64,000 nt of DNA from an uncultured Gammaproteobacteria bacterium (GCA_964349395.1 CAYGGA010000003.1:1424-65423), one strand, 5' to 3'. Shown: positions 1-9,012, counted from the stretch's first letter. Notes: generated by a model from the sequence alone, not told the origin. A program made the numbers and translations.

Positions 1-13
1 TCAAAGTGGAAAG

Positions 14-790
14 TTAGGAAGCTCTTGTTCTTTTAGAAAAAGAAATAGTTTTTAGGTCTTTCTCTAAAACAAACTCAATATAACTTTGAAGCAAATCTTC
101 TAATTCATGCAAAACTAGTGGTTCAATTTTGAGTTTTGTGGCCTGCTCCCAATTCTGGGTTTGAAAGAATCTTAGAGTTTTAATACTATCAATTGGGATC
201 TCCACTCCCGCTACCACTGTGCTTCTACAGTTTTTATCTACCACACCACCAAGGTGAGGTGAAAAGATATTTCCATCCCCCCTTAGTTTGTTTCCACACT
301 TTACACATGCAGTTAGCTCTGGTTTAAACCCAACCATTGTGAGTAGATTGATCTGGAAAAAAACAAGTGTTGCACGAGCTCTATCTTCTTGAGGGGATTT
401 GTTTAATTCTTCAATGGTTTGTTTAAATAGAAAATAGGCTTGCGGATTTGATTGATCTTCCTGGACAAATTGGTCAATGAGTTCAATCATCTGGTAAACT
501 ACTGAGATTAAGTGCAGATTATCGCGCAAACTTTTGTAACTCTCCTCCACTTCTGCTTCCACAATCAAATCCATGCTTTTACCTTCAGCTAGTTGAAATC
601 TAGTTAAGTTAAATAGTTCCACATTCCCACCTTTTCTGGAGGTAGATTTTCTCACCCCCTTGGCAACAGTCGTGATTTTTCCTTGATATTGCGTAAACAA
701 AGTCAAAATCCGGTCACCTTCACCATAATCAGCCCTTTTTATAACAAATCCAACTGCGCGGTACATAGCCATAAAGGCAGTATACCTCAA
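14..790 (-). CDS. recO: DNA repair protein RecO
   Basis: N-terminal OB-fold signature (RADYGEGDRILTLFTQ..GKITTVAKGVRKSTSRKGG) typical of RecO. C-terminal Cys cluster CVKCGNK...NCR. About 250 aa. Confidence 0.8.
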   Translation of the reverse strand: MRYTAFMAMYRAVGFVIKRADYGEGDRILTLFTQYQGKITTVAKGVRKSTSRKGGNVELFNLTRFQLAEGKSMDLIVEAEVEESYKSLRDNLHLISVVYQMIELIDQFVQEDQSNPQAYFLFKQTIEELNKSPQEDRARATLVFFQINLLTMVGFKPELTACVKCGNKLRGDGNIFSPHLGGVVDKNCRSTVVAGVEIPIDSIKTLRFFQTQNWEQATKLKIEPLVLHELEDLLQSYIEFVLEKDLKTISFSKRTRAS

Positions 791-868
791 TTGAAAACGC
801 TATATAATCTAGGCTATGGAAGCTTATTTGAAACCATTAAATCGATTCCTGGGATTGAAAAAACGGGA

Positions 869-2758
869 TTAGACTTTAAACTTTAATTCTCTGTCTGTCT
901 CTAGGAAGAATTTCTCTTTTTGCTTACCATTTACTTTGATGATCACTTCAGGCTGCCCAGTACCAGGTTGTTTCTGAATTAGCATTTTGTACTCCTGACC
1001 TTTTTTGATCTTCATGGGTATCTCATAAATAAACGTCACTGAGGCTGAGTTTTTAGGAGTTGTTTTCAGAACTGTTTGGTACATTTGTTTACCTAACTCC
1101 TTACTATTATTAAAACTTCCCTCAAGCAATTTACTACCATCCGGAACATAAATCCTCAACCAATTGGTGTATACAGTAGGATTGAGCCAACCATCAGCTT
1201 GTTTGGGATTAGCATTGGTGAAAGTTACTTTCTTAGTAACCGTCCCATCCTCTTTAATTGTAATATCTTGTTCAATCTTTTGAGCGACATACAGATCACC
1301 CTTTAGTCCAGCAAAGTTATTGGAATTAAAGTGGAGATAATCACCATCATAGTCCTGAATTCTACCCGCAAAATTGTATTTCTCCAGCAGGACTTGGGAA
1401 CTTTTGTCATGAGAGTAAGCCAAAAGATGCTTTTCCTTGGCCATTGTATGAACTACTTCGAGCAATTTGGGCCAAGTTTTTTTATCAGACCCCAAGACCT
1501 TGGCTTTCAAACCATTCATCAGTTGCCCAATTAAATCTTTCCTGTTTTCAGTCTTTGCCAAAAGCTGCTCTGAGTACAATTCTAATTTATAAACGACATC
1601 GGGAATACCATAATTTGGATTTATCTTAGCAGTAAAAGTTTCATTGTAAGCAGGCACATGGACTTCTCCCACTACCTCCAGAAGAGCCCAGACAAACTCA
1701 GTATCCAATGCTATTATTCCATCGATTGACGCCACACCAGTGGCACTGTCATACATGTCTTCAAAAAATCTCATCGACTCTACATAATCTGGGGAAATAT
1801 TGGCATCACGGATCCAAAATTTGTTTACTTTTAAATAATCTCTTAACTGGGTGGGAATGTCTGGTCTAAAAGTAACTTTATCATCCAAACGATAAGCATC
1901 TTCCGAAACAATTGATACTAGTCGACCTTTGCTGATTTTGGCAGTCGCGTAAGCAGTAATAAACCCACCGGTGGAACGAATTTCTTTGTCGTTCTGAAAG
2001 AGAATTAAATAAGTTTTGTCGACAGGGGAACCTAAAGCATTTGGTAGGGCCATCAAAATCGGCCGCAGCTCCGGCATGAAAGTCTCCAAATTGTCTACCG
2101 TAGTGATCGCTTGTTCAATACTACTTCGCACTTCATATTTACCAATTTTCTGGGGATATTTTTTTGCGTTCACCTGATCTAACTCTTTGCGAGCTAATTT
2201 CAATTTGTCTTCAATATCATCTAGGGCCGGAACAATTCTAGGCATGGCTTCGACTGCCTTTTGGGCGTATGTTTCCGCATTCCCCACACCGCCTCCTTCA
2301 AGACCTAAGGCAGCGGCAAAAGGAATCAGAGAATCAGCAATGATTACCCCAGCATCAGACCCATGAACCCCAGCTTTAATAAAATGATGACCATCACGGT
2401 AGTAACTACCCACCAACGGGACGATATTGGTCCAGGCAAAATAGCTCAGGTTTTTATCGAGTTTCACAAGCTCATCTTTTAGCTTGACTGTTTCTGCTCG
2501 AGCTTTATTTACATCTTGCAATTGCCAAGCTTCACTAAGCTTTTTGGCCTGATCACGGGTGACTTTTAATTGGGTGGTAAAGGTTTTAATTCCAGGAAAA
2601 GAGATAGCGACGATAACAGTACAGATAACTATAAAAATACCTAGACCAATAAGGGTGCGTTTAATTAGCTTTTTTCGTCTTGCAGAGTTAGAATTGGGCA
2701 ACTTTGTTGTTTGCGTCCCTTCTTGACTACCATTTATGTTAACATATTTAAGACTCAT
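869..2758 (-). CDS. DUF4012 domain protein, membrane-anchored with a large extracytoplasmic domain
   Basis: N-terminal TM helix after a basic stretch. Motif LILFQNDKEIRSTGGFITAYA matches the DUF4012 signature (QNnaElRatGGfig). Sits directly next to the priming sugar transferase, as in actinobacterial and CPR EPS loci. Confidence 0.6.
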   Translation of the reverse strand: MSLKYVNINGSQEGTQTTKLPNSNSARRKKLIKRTLIGLGIFIVICTVIVAISFPGIKTFTTQLKVTRDQAKKLSEAWQLQDVNKARAETVKLKDELVKLDKNLSYFAWTNIVPLVGSYYRDGHHFIKAGVHGSDAGVIIADSLIPFAAALGLEGGGVGNAETYAQKAVEAMPRIVPALDDIEDKLKLARKELDQVNAKKYPQKIGKYEVRSSIEQAITTVDNLETFMPELRPILMALPNALGSPVDKTYLILFQNDKEIRSTGGFITAYATAKISKGRLVSIVSEDAYRLDDKVTFRPDIPTQLRDYLKVNKFWIRDANISPDYVESMRFFEDMYDSATGVASIDGIIALDTEFVWALLEVVGEVHVPAYNETFTAKINPNYGIPDVVYKLELYSEQLLAKTENRKDLIGQLMNGLKAKVLGSDKKTWPKLLEVVHTMAKEKHLLAYSHDKSSQVLLEKYNFAGRIQDYDGDYLHFNSNNFAGLKGDLYVAQKIEQDITIKEDGTVTKKVTFTNANPKQADGWLNPTVYTNWLRIYVPDGSKLLEGSFNNSKELGKQMYQTVLKTTPKNSASVTFIYEIPMKIKKGQEYKMLIQKQPGTGQPEVIIKVNGKQKEKFFLETDRELKFKV

Positions 2759-2761
2759 ACA

Positions 2762-3412
2762 CTAGGTAGCTCCCTCGGCTTTGATGACCGCCGGAATTGT
2801 CTTTAGAATTATCTTTATATCATAGAATAAAGATCGACGCAAAGCATAACTGGCATCCATCCTGACTCTTTGATCAAAATTGATATTGCTGCGCCCGCTT
2901 ACCTGCCAAGGACCAGTCAACCCAGGTTTAGTATTCAGTAATTCCGCCACATACTGCTTACTTTCTGGATAAGCATCTTGTTGCTCCAAAAGTTCATCCG
3001 GCATGTAAGCCCGAGGACCCACAATGCTCATCTCCCCTTTTAGGACATTGAAAAGCTGGGGGATCTCATCAATCGAGTATTTGCGGATGAATCTTCCCAC
3101 CCTAGTTACCCGAGGATCATTTTTTAGTTTATAACTATTTTGTTTGTACTCTGCCAGTAAGCTTGGATTTTTCTTGAGAATCTCTTCGGCATGGGCCGCT
3201 TCTCCTCCAACGACCGTCATTACCATACTACGATATTTATACATTTGAAAAGGCCGGCCAAAGCGACCTACCCGAGTAGGTTTATAAAGAATTGGACCAG
3301 TAGAGTCCATTTTGATCAATAAACTAGTAACTACCAACAAAGGAGTGAGAATTAAAAGCCCAATTAAAGCAAGGAGAATATCAATAATGCGTTTTAAGAT
3401 TTCGTAAAACAT
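2762..3412 (-). CDS. Bacterial sugar transferase (polyprenyl-phosphate hexose-1-phosphate transferase, WbaP/CpsE C-terminal-domain type); candidate priming enzyme
   Basis: Single N-terminal TM ([19 protein letters not shown]), then the motifs [19 protein letters not shown] and [21 protein letters not shown]. About 216 aa. Confidence 0.75.
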   Translation of the reverse strand: MFYEILKRIIDILLALIGLLILTPLLVVTSLLIKMDSTGPILYKPTRVGRFGRPFQMYKYRSMVMTVVGGEAAHAEEILKKNPSLLAEYKQNSYKLKNDPRVTRVGRFIRKYSIDEIPQLFNVLKGEMSIVGPRAYMPDELLEQQDAYPESKQYVAELLNTKPGLTGPWQVSGRSNINFDQRVRMDASYALRRSLFYDIKIILKTIPAVIKAEGAT

Positions 3413-3456
3413 ACTAGCTTGTCTAACCTAAGCGCAGAAGCATACCCCGCCTGCTT

Positions 3457-4584
3457 CTATAGTAAGTGGGCTTTTTTGTCTTCGTTTAATTTTTCAACAA
3501 TTTTTTTAACATCCTGGGCTCTTTCCCGCGGGATGATGAGCAGGGCATCCGGAGTATCCACGATCACTAAATCACTTATTCCCACCGTGGCCACCAGTCG
3601 ATTATCACTATGGATCAGACATCCCACGGTATCCACCCCAATATGTTCCCCATCTCCTAAACCAGTTAATACATTCGCTTCTGGATGCTTAGCTGCGACC
3701 TCATACAACACATTCCAATCCCCAATATCACTCCAACCAAAATCCCCAGGTACAATGAGGACGTTTTTGGCTTTTTCCAAAACTCCATAGTCAATTGGTA
3801 TATTTTCCATTTGACCCCATTCTCTTTCTAAAACCTCGTTTTCCTCAGGTGTTCCGATGCTATTTTGAACTTTCATTAGTCCTGCGTAGTGGTCGGGCAT
3901 AAAATTCCGTAAAGCATTTATTAGGGTTTGGGCACGGTAACTATTTATATTGGCGTTCCAAAAATACTCCCCAGTCGCGACAAAGGCTTGAGCAGTGGGC
4001 AAATTTGGTTTCTCAGTGAAACTTTCCACTTCAAAAATAGATTGTTTTCTAGACTTGAGTTTTTCTGGACCAATGTGAATATAGCCTAAACCAGTGTGTG
4101 GATAGGTCGGCACGATCCCGATAGTAACCAGGTACTCACCGCTTTCGGCACTGTCTTGGGTTACGCCCAGAATGTGACGAAACTCACTTTCTTTTTTAAT
4201 CAAATGATCGGAAGCCAAAGTCGAGATAATAGCATCAGGATCCTTTTTCAAGATATGGATTGCTGCCAAACCCGCAGCAGCAGCGCTGCCTTTGGGGGAG
4301 GGTTCAGCTAAAATATTTTCTTCGGGGATTTGTGGTAACTGCTCCTTAACTTTTTTAGCATAATCCCCGGCCACCACAACATAAAGTCTATCGAAACTAA
4401 CTATAGATTCCACCCTTTTGGCGGTTTCTTGAAGCATGGAAAGATTGGAGACCAGTTTTAAAAATTGCTTGGGAGTATTTTTGCGGGAGCGGGGCCAAAG
4501 TCTGGTCCCACCACCTCCAGCCAAAATTACTATATACCTGTTATTTGTTTTTCGCGCTCCAGCGTTCAAGTTTGCCTTATCCAT
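3457..4584 (-). CDS. manC: Mannose-1-phosphate guanylyltransferase (nucleotidyltransferase domain only, no PMI domain)
   Basis: G-rich NTP-binding motif VILAGGGGTRLWPRSR..PKQF near the N-terminus. About 375 aa. Confidence 0.7.
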   Translation of the reverse strand: MDKANLNAGARKTNNRYIVILAGGGGTRLWPRSRKNTPKQFLKLVSNLSMLQETAKRVESIVSFDRLYVVVAGDYAKKVKEQLPQIPEENILAEPSPKGSAAAAGLAAIHILKKDPDAIISTLASDHLIKKESEFRHILGVTQDSAESGEYLVTIGIVPTYPHTGLGYIHIGPEKLKSRKQSIFEVESFTEKPNLPTAQAFVATGEYFWNANINSYRAQTLINALRNFMPDHYAGLMKVQNSIGTPEENEVLEREWGQMENIPIDYGVLEKAKNVLIVPGDFGWSDIGDWNVLYEVAAKHPEANVLTGLGDGEHIGVDTVGCLIHSDNRLVATVGISDLVIVDTPDALLIIPRERAQDVKKIVEKLNEDKKAHLL

Positions 4585-5674
4585 ATAGTTTTTCGACCAG
4601 TCTTTTCATATTGGTTTGGAAAGTTTCTACTGAAAATCTTTGGGCATTTTGCCCTATCATATCTGGGTCAAACTCTTTTGGGTTAAAGTCCTCCAAGGCT
4701 TCTTTTAGGCTTTGTGGGGTTTGATGTTTAAAAAATACCCCAGAGACTTTAGGGACAACTGATTCTAGCACACCACCAGCAAAGTAGGCAACCACAGGCT
4801 TTCTTGCAGCTTGAGCCTCTACCGGCACAATCCCAAAATCTTCTTCGGCGGCAAAGATCACTGCCTTACATCCAGCGATTAGTTTTTTCAACTTTTCGTC
4901 ATCCACTCTCCCCAAAATTTCTACATTACTTTTGGCCATTTTTTTAAGCTTTTCAAACTCCAAACCACTGCCAGCTACTTTTAGTGGCCACCCTAGCTCA
5001 TTAAAAGCTTCGACAATAATATCTGTTCTTTTGTGGGCGACCAACCGACCATAGGTAAAAAAATAGTTGCCAGTAGTTGGTTTTAGCTCAGCAAATTTTT
5101 TAATGTCCACTGGTGGGTAAATAACCTCTGCACTACGCTGATAATGCTTTTGAATACGTCCTTGAGTTTCTTTGGAATTAGTTACAAAATAATCTACCCT
5201 TCTAGCACTATCTTGGTCCCATTTTCGAACTACGCTGTACAACCAGCCCATGAAAGGTAAATATCTTTTTATTTTGGCATGATCTAGTTCGGTATCATAC
5301 CCATACAAATACCTGGAAGGAGTATGGCAGTAACAAACATTTATTCCCTCTTTTACAGTGGTGTGAATAGCCGCATAGGAGCTGGAAGTAATCACTACAT
5401 CATACCCTTTAAGATTTAAACTTCTAAAAGCTAGCGGATAAAGTAAAAAATAAAATTTGTAGAGTTGTCTTTTAAAAGGAAGGAACTGCATCCAGGTGGT
5501 TTTGACTTTTTTTAAATCTACACCAAAACCCTCTTTTTTCATTTTTTCTGCAAGGAGAAAACTGGTATAAATAGGAGCTTCAGGAAAAGTCACGGCCAGT
5601 GCTTCGACCACCTTTTCCGCCCCACCTACAGTCCACAAATAATCATGTACAATTGCTACTTTTGGTTTGCCCAT
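4577..5674 (-). CDS. Glycosyltransferase family 4
   Basis: C-terminal GT-B motif EDFGIVPVEAQAARKPVVAYFAGGVLE (E-x7-E type). Confidence 0.65.
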   Translation of the reverse strand: MGKPKVAIVHDYLWTVGGAEKVVEALAVTFPEAPIYTSFLLAEKMKKEGFGVDLKKVKTTWMQFLPFKRQLYKFYFLLYPLAFRSLNLKGYDVVITSSSYAAIHTTVKEGINVCYCHTPSRYLYGYDTELDHAKIKRYLPFMGWLYSVVRKWDQDSARRVDYFVTNSKETQGRIQKHYQRSAEVIYPPVDIKKFAELKPTTGNYFFTYGRLVAHKRTDIIVEAFNELGWPLKVAGSGLEFEKLKKMAKSNVEILGRVDDEKLKKLIAGCKAVIFAAEEDFGIVPVEAQAARKPVVAYFAGGVLESVVPKVSGVFFKHQTPQSLKEALEDFNPKEFDPDMIGQNAQRFSVETFQTNMKRLVEKLYG

Positions 5675-5819
5675 AAATAGAATTATATCAAGATTTCTTG
5701 GTTTAGAGAAAGGAACTGGGGTAGACTCTCTGTTTGGATATCAGCCACAGTTAATTGTAATTAAGAAGCCCATTTTCAATTTGACTGGTTGTGATTTCAA
5801 ATGATCGCTTTTGTCCCTA

Positions 5820-5848
5820 TTGACAAGCAATTGACCGCTTTCTAAACT
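5820..5848 (+). promoter_or_regulatory. Candidate sigma70-like promoter: TTGACA, 17-bp spacer, TAAACT
   Basis: Consensus -35 TTGACA at 5820-5825 and -10-like TAAACT at 5843-5848, in the only long intergenic region upstream of the plus-strand cassette. Confidence 0.3.
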
Positions 5849-5943
5849 GTTATTAGAAGAAAAACTTCGGTACATGTGGACAGCAGGGACCAACTAGTTT
5901 TTCCTCTTTTCAAAAATTTAATCTGTCTGCAAAGGACTGCTAC

Positions 5944-6075
5944 ATGGCTGCTTATTTTAAAATTGCTTTGCTCTTGCGGGCTTTAAGAAAAATTGAAGTT
6001 ATCTTTGACTTTGTCCTCAAGAAAAACAAACTCAATAGTTCCTTCTCTATAAATGAACTTACAGGATCCGTCTAA
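5944..6075 (+). CDS. Candidate 43-aa leader ORF (MAAYFKIALLLRALRKIEVIFDFVLKKNKLNSSFSINELTGSV)
   Basis: AAAGGA RBS at 5931-5936, 7 nt before the ATG at 5944. The TAA stop at 6073-6075 is the loop of the downstream terminator hairpin. Too short to appear in the ORF track. Confidence 0.3.
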   Translation: MAAYFKIALLLRALRKIEVIFDFVLKKNKLNSSFSINELTGSV

Positions 6076-6091
6076 GACGGATTCTTTTTTT
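6064..6091 (+). terminator. Intrinsic terminator-like hairpin (9-bp stem GGATCCGTC/GACGGATTC, 3-nt loop) followed by T7
   Basis: Seen directly: ggatccgtc-taa-gacggattc, then ttttttt, 17 nt upstream of the ATG of the TasA-like gene. The plus-strand orientation gives the U-tract. Confidence 0.5.
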
Positions 6092-6108
6092 GAAAGGAGG
6101 TGAATAAA

Positions 6109-6702
6109 ATGACAATTAATCCAAGAATCTTACTATCCATGGCCTCTATCGCAGCGGCAGCGACCCTCGGTATCGGCGCTACCTTTGCGTTCTTCTCAAG
6201 CACAGCGACAAGTACTGGTAACGTTTTCAGTACAGGGACACTAACCTTGTTACTTGACGACTTTAATGAGTTAACCCCTGCAGCTACTGTCACTGCATCA
6301 ATTGGGGCCACTATGAATCCTGGACAGACCACAACAGGTTTTGTTTCTTTGCACAATGGCGGAACGGTTGATATAGCAGAAGTCAACGTAGACTCAACAG
6401 CTACTGTACCAAGCTCACCAGATTTAGCGGATAAATTAAATATCACGTTAGCAAGAATAGGTTCAGAGTTCACTTGCACAGTAAGTCCGCTTGACGTAAC
6501 TGGAAGCTTTCCAGCAACCTTGGCTTTATTAAACGCCGATGTTGATGGTGTTGATCTGCCTGGAACTGCATTAGCAGCGCTAGGAACAGATAAGTATCTT
6601 TGTATGACCTTAACGTTGGATTCGGGAACTGACAACACCTATCAAGGTAAAACCATTACCGAAACCTTTACGTTCGTTGGTCATCAAGATCTGACTCAAT
6701 AA
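6109..6702 (+). CDS. TasA/camelysin (CalY)-family secreted protein with a SipW-cognate-class signal peptide
   Basis: N-terminus ...ATFAFFSSTATSTGNVFSTGTLTL matches the AFFSD..s.N.F.aGTLdL signature of TasA/camelysin/SipW-cognate signal peptides. GGAGG RBS 8 nt upstream of the ATG at 6109. The track start at 6100 is a GTG. Confidence 0.6.
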   Translation: MTINPRILLSMASIAAAATLGIGATFAFFSSTATSTGNVFSTGTLTLLLDDFNELTPAATVTASIGATMNPGQTTTGFVSLHNGGTVDIAEVNVDSTATVPSSPDLADKLNITLARIGSEFTCTVSPLDVTGSFPATLALLNADVDGVDLPGTALAALGTDKYLCMTLTLDSGTDNTYQGKTITETFTFVGHQDLTQ

Positions 6703-6712
6703 GAGGGGAATA

Positions 6713-7993
6713 ATGAATTCAAAACTCCTGAGTGGAGTAAAAATTACATTAGCAATTGTGCTGGTAGTGGTGACTGGGGTCTTCGCTTATCTGATCACAC
6801 CGATCTTTGGAAATAAAGTGTTGATCGTGAGAAGTGGGAGTATGTCTCCGTCTCTACCGGTTGGTTCTTTGGTGGCAATAAGGCCCAAAGAAGCACTCCG
6901 TAGCCCACTACCAGCCGTTCCCGTATATCATCCCGGAGATGTTATCTCCTTTAGAGATCCTCTAAACTCCAAAACCATTACTACTCACCGCGTAGTCAGC
7001 GCCAAAACAGAAAACTACTCCGTACTTTATCAAACCAAAGGTGATGCCAATAATGACACTGATCAGAGTTTGGTTGCCGAGAAAAATGTCTTAGGAGCAG
7101 CTTTTCTCACTGTCCCCTACTTAGGACAACTTTTCTCTTTTACTAAAACTGCTTTTGGTTTCTTGCTTTTAGTCCTTATGCCAGCTATATTTGTAATTTT
7201 GATGGAAAGCTGGAATATCATTAGGGAATTAAGAAAAAAGAAACCAATCCCCTATTTCTATCTCAAAGATTTTAAAAACTCAGTCACCCACGGCCCGACC
7301 CTGACTTCTCTAATTCCACTCCTAGCAATAGGCTTAATTTTCAGCCAAACTTTTGCCTATTTTTCTGATACTGCTACTAGCACCAGCAATGTTTTTGCCG
7401 CATCAGCAGAATTTCCCAATCAAAACATAGCAGATCATGTTGTTATTAGTGAAGTTCAAATAACAGGTGGCCCTGGATCTACAAATAATGATTTTATTGA
7501 GTTATATAACCCCACTGACTCACCAATTAATTTAGATCCTTATATATTAGTGAAACGTTCAGGGAGTAGTACTACAGACACCACAATTGTTACATTTACC
7601 TCTACCCATATAATTCCCGCTCAAGGGTTCTTTCTTTGGGCGAATAGTAGCTTCACTTCAATTTCTGCAGATATTGCAACAACTGATATTTTAGCATCTA
7701 GCAATAGTATCGCTCTCAAGGTTCAAACATCAGGTGTAATTGTTGATGCTTTAAGCTGGAATAATGCGACAGAAAGTTATAAAGAAGGAACTGAATTCTC
7801 CCCAGATCCGGATCCAGGGTCAAGTATGGAGAGAAAAGCGCTCTCAACTTCCACGGCAGCGACAATGGTTTCTCCTGGAATCGATGCCACTAAGGGTAAC
7901 GGTCATGACACCAACAACAATAGCACTGATTTTATTTTAAGACCTGTATCACAACCACAAAATAGCACTAGCGGAGGAACAGAAAGTCCTTAA
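6713..7993 (+). CDS. sipW: SipW-type (S26B, archaeal/ER-like) signal peptidase I fused in frame to a second SipW-cognate signal peptide and a lamin-tail domain (LTD)
   Basis: N-terminal TM, then catalytic region VRSGSMSPSLPVGSLV (Ser motif) and a C-terminal TM anchor (FGFLLLVLMPAIFVIL). The frame continues with no stop into ...FSQTFAYFSDTATSTSNVFAAS (second camelysin-type signal). After that comes ISEVQITGGPGSTNNDFIELYNPTD..., typical of an LTD (PF00932). Confidence 0.6.
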   Translation: MNSKLLSGVKITLAIVLVVVTGVFAYLITPIFGNKVLIVRSGSMSPSLPVGSLVAIRPKEALRSPLPAVPVYHPGDVISFRDPLNSKTITTHRVVSAKTENYSVLYQTKGDANNDTDQSLVAEKNVLGAAFLTVPYLGQLFSFTKTAFGFLLLVLMPAIFVILMESWNIIRELRKKKPIPYFYLKDFKNSVTHGPTLTSLIPLLAIGLIFSQTFAYFSDTATSTSNVFAASAEFPNQNIADHVVISEVQITGGPGSTNNDFIELYNPTDSPINLDPYILVKRSGSSTTDTTIVTFTSTHIIPAQGFFLWANSSFTSISADIATTDILASSNSIALKVQTSGVIVDALSWNNATESYKEGTEFSPDPDPGSSMERKALSTSTAATMVSPGIDATKGNGHDTNNNSTDFILRPVSQPQNSTSGGTESP

Positions 7994-9012
7994 TGAAAAA
8001 ATATTTGAGAATTATTAGTCTTACTTTGATCACTTCCTTACTGATTACTCTAAATGGTGGTTTGGATTTGAGCGCTCAGACTGCTCAAGCAGCTGGGGAT
8101 TTGACAGTGAATTGGGGTCCTGGCCTCTCTGAAGGCGACCCAATTTTTGTGGTTTCCAATATGTCTCCGGGACAAATGGAAACTAGAAGTGTTGGGGTAA
8201 CCAACTCTGCCCCCTCATCTAGATCGGTCGGAGTACGGGGTATCCCCACGGATGACAGTGATAGCCTCTCTTCCCAACTGAATATTTTAATCACTGAAGG
8301 AGCGGTTACTCGCTATGGCCCCCAAACTTTGGCTCAATTTTTCACAGCTAGCGGTGGTCCGGATGGAATTTTTCTCTCTAACCTTAACTCTGGGAATTCC
8401 ACGACCTATGATTTCCAGGTAACCTTCAAAGAAACATCTGGTAATAGCTGGCAAAACAAAAGTGTGGTTTTTGACCTAAAAATTGGAGTAGCCATTGATT
8501 TGCCCTCAGAATGTGATAATTTGAACCTATCCTCTACCCCGATTATTGGTTCCTCCAAAGCAGAAACTCTGACAGGTACCCCCGGAAACGATTTGATCAT
8601 GGGTTTAGAAGGAGCAGACAAAATCAATGGTAATGGGGGAGATGATTGCATACTGGGTGGTAGCGGCGCTGACAGTATAAATGGTAATAGTGATAATGAC
8701 GTAATCTTTGGTGAAGATGGTGCAGACACTATCAATGGCAACAATGGGGATGACATCATTGTGGGTGGAGTGGGAGCTGACAGTCTCAAGGGTGAAAACG
8801 GTCAAGATCACTTGCGGGGTGGTTTAAATGCGGATACTCTCGATGGTGGCAATAATGATGATATTTTAGAAGGTAATGAACACGCGGATACCTTAAAAGG
8901 CGGTAATGGGAGTGATAATTTAGATGGTGGAAGTGGAGTAGATACTGCTAATGGTAACAATGGGATAGACACTTGTGTAGCGGAAACCAGAAACAACTGT
9001 GAACTTCCCTAA
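7993..9012 (+). CDS. Secreted beta-roll protein with hemolysin-type calcium-binding (RTX) nonapeptide repeats; Sec signal peptide
   Basis: N-terminal signal (MKKYLRIISLTLITSLLITL...AQA). C-terminal half has at least 14 tandem 9-residue repeats GGxGxDxUx (GGSGADSIN GNSDNDVIF GEDGADTIN GNNGDDIIV ...). Confidence 0.7.
   Translation: MKKYLRIISLTLITSLLITLNGGLDLSAQTAQAAGDLTVNWGPGLSEGDPIFVVSNMSPGQMETRSVGVTNSAPSSRSVGVRGIPTDDSDSLSSQLNILITEGAVTRYGPQTLAQFFTASGGPDGIFLSNLNSGNSTTYDFQVTFKETSGNSWQNKSVVFDLKIGVAIDLPSECDNLNLSSTPIIGSSKAETLTGTPGNDLIMGLEGADKINGNGGDDCILGGSGADSINGNSDNDVIFGEDGADTINGNNGDDIIVGGVGADSLKGENGQDHLRGGLNADTLDGGNNDDILEGNEHADTLKGGNGSDNLDGGSGVDTANGNNGIDTCVAETRNNCELP
8575..8970 (+). repeat. Tandem 27-bp (nonapeptide) RTX repeat array inside the CDS
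   Basis: 27-nt periodicity in the protein (GNxxDxxxG pattern). It generates spurious antisense ORFs at 8406-8996. Confidence 0.65.

Noticed and set aside
3419-3790. 123-aa plus-strand ORF
   Set aside because: It is antisense within the ManC gene. It has no domain, and ManC coding is strongly supported.
6072-6638. 188-aa minus-strand ORF
   Set aside because: It is fully antisense to the well-supported TasA-like gene. It has an Ala/Val/Ser-rich composition that mirrors the plus-strand codons, and no RBS or start context.
8406-8996. Three minus-strand ORFs (127, 68, 62 aa) rich in Pro/Ser/Leu repeats
   Set aside because: They are antisense reading frames of the 27-bp RTX repeat array. Their repetitive low-complexity translations are mirror artefacts of the plus-strand beta-roll gene.
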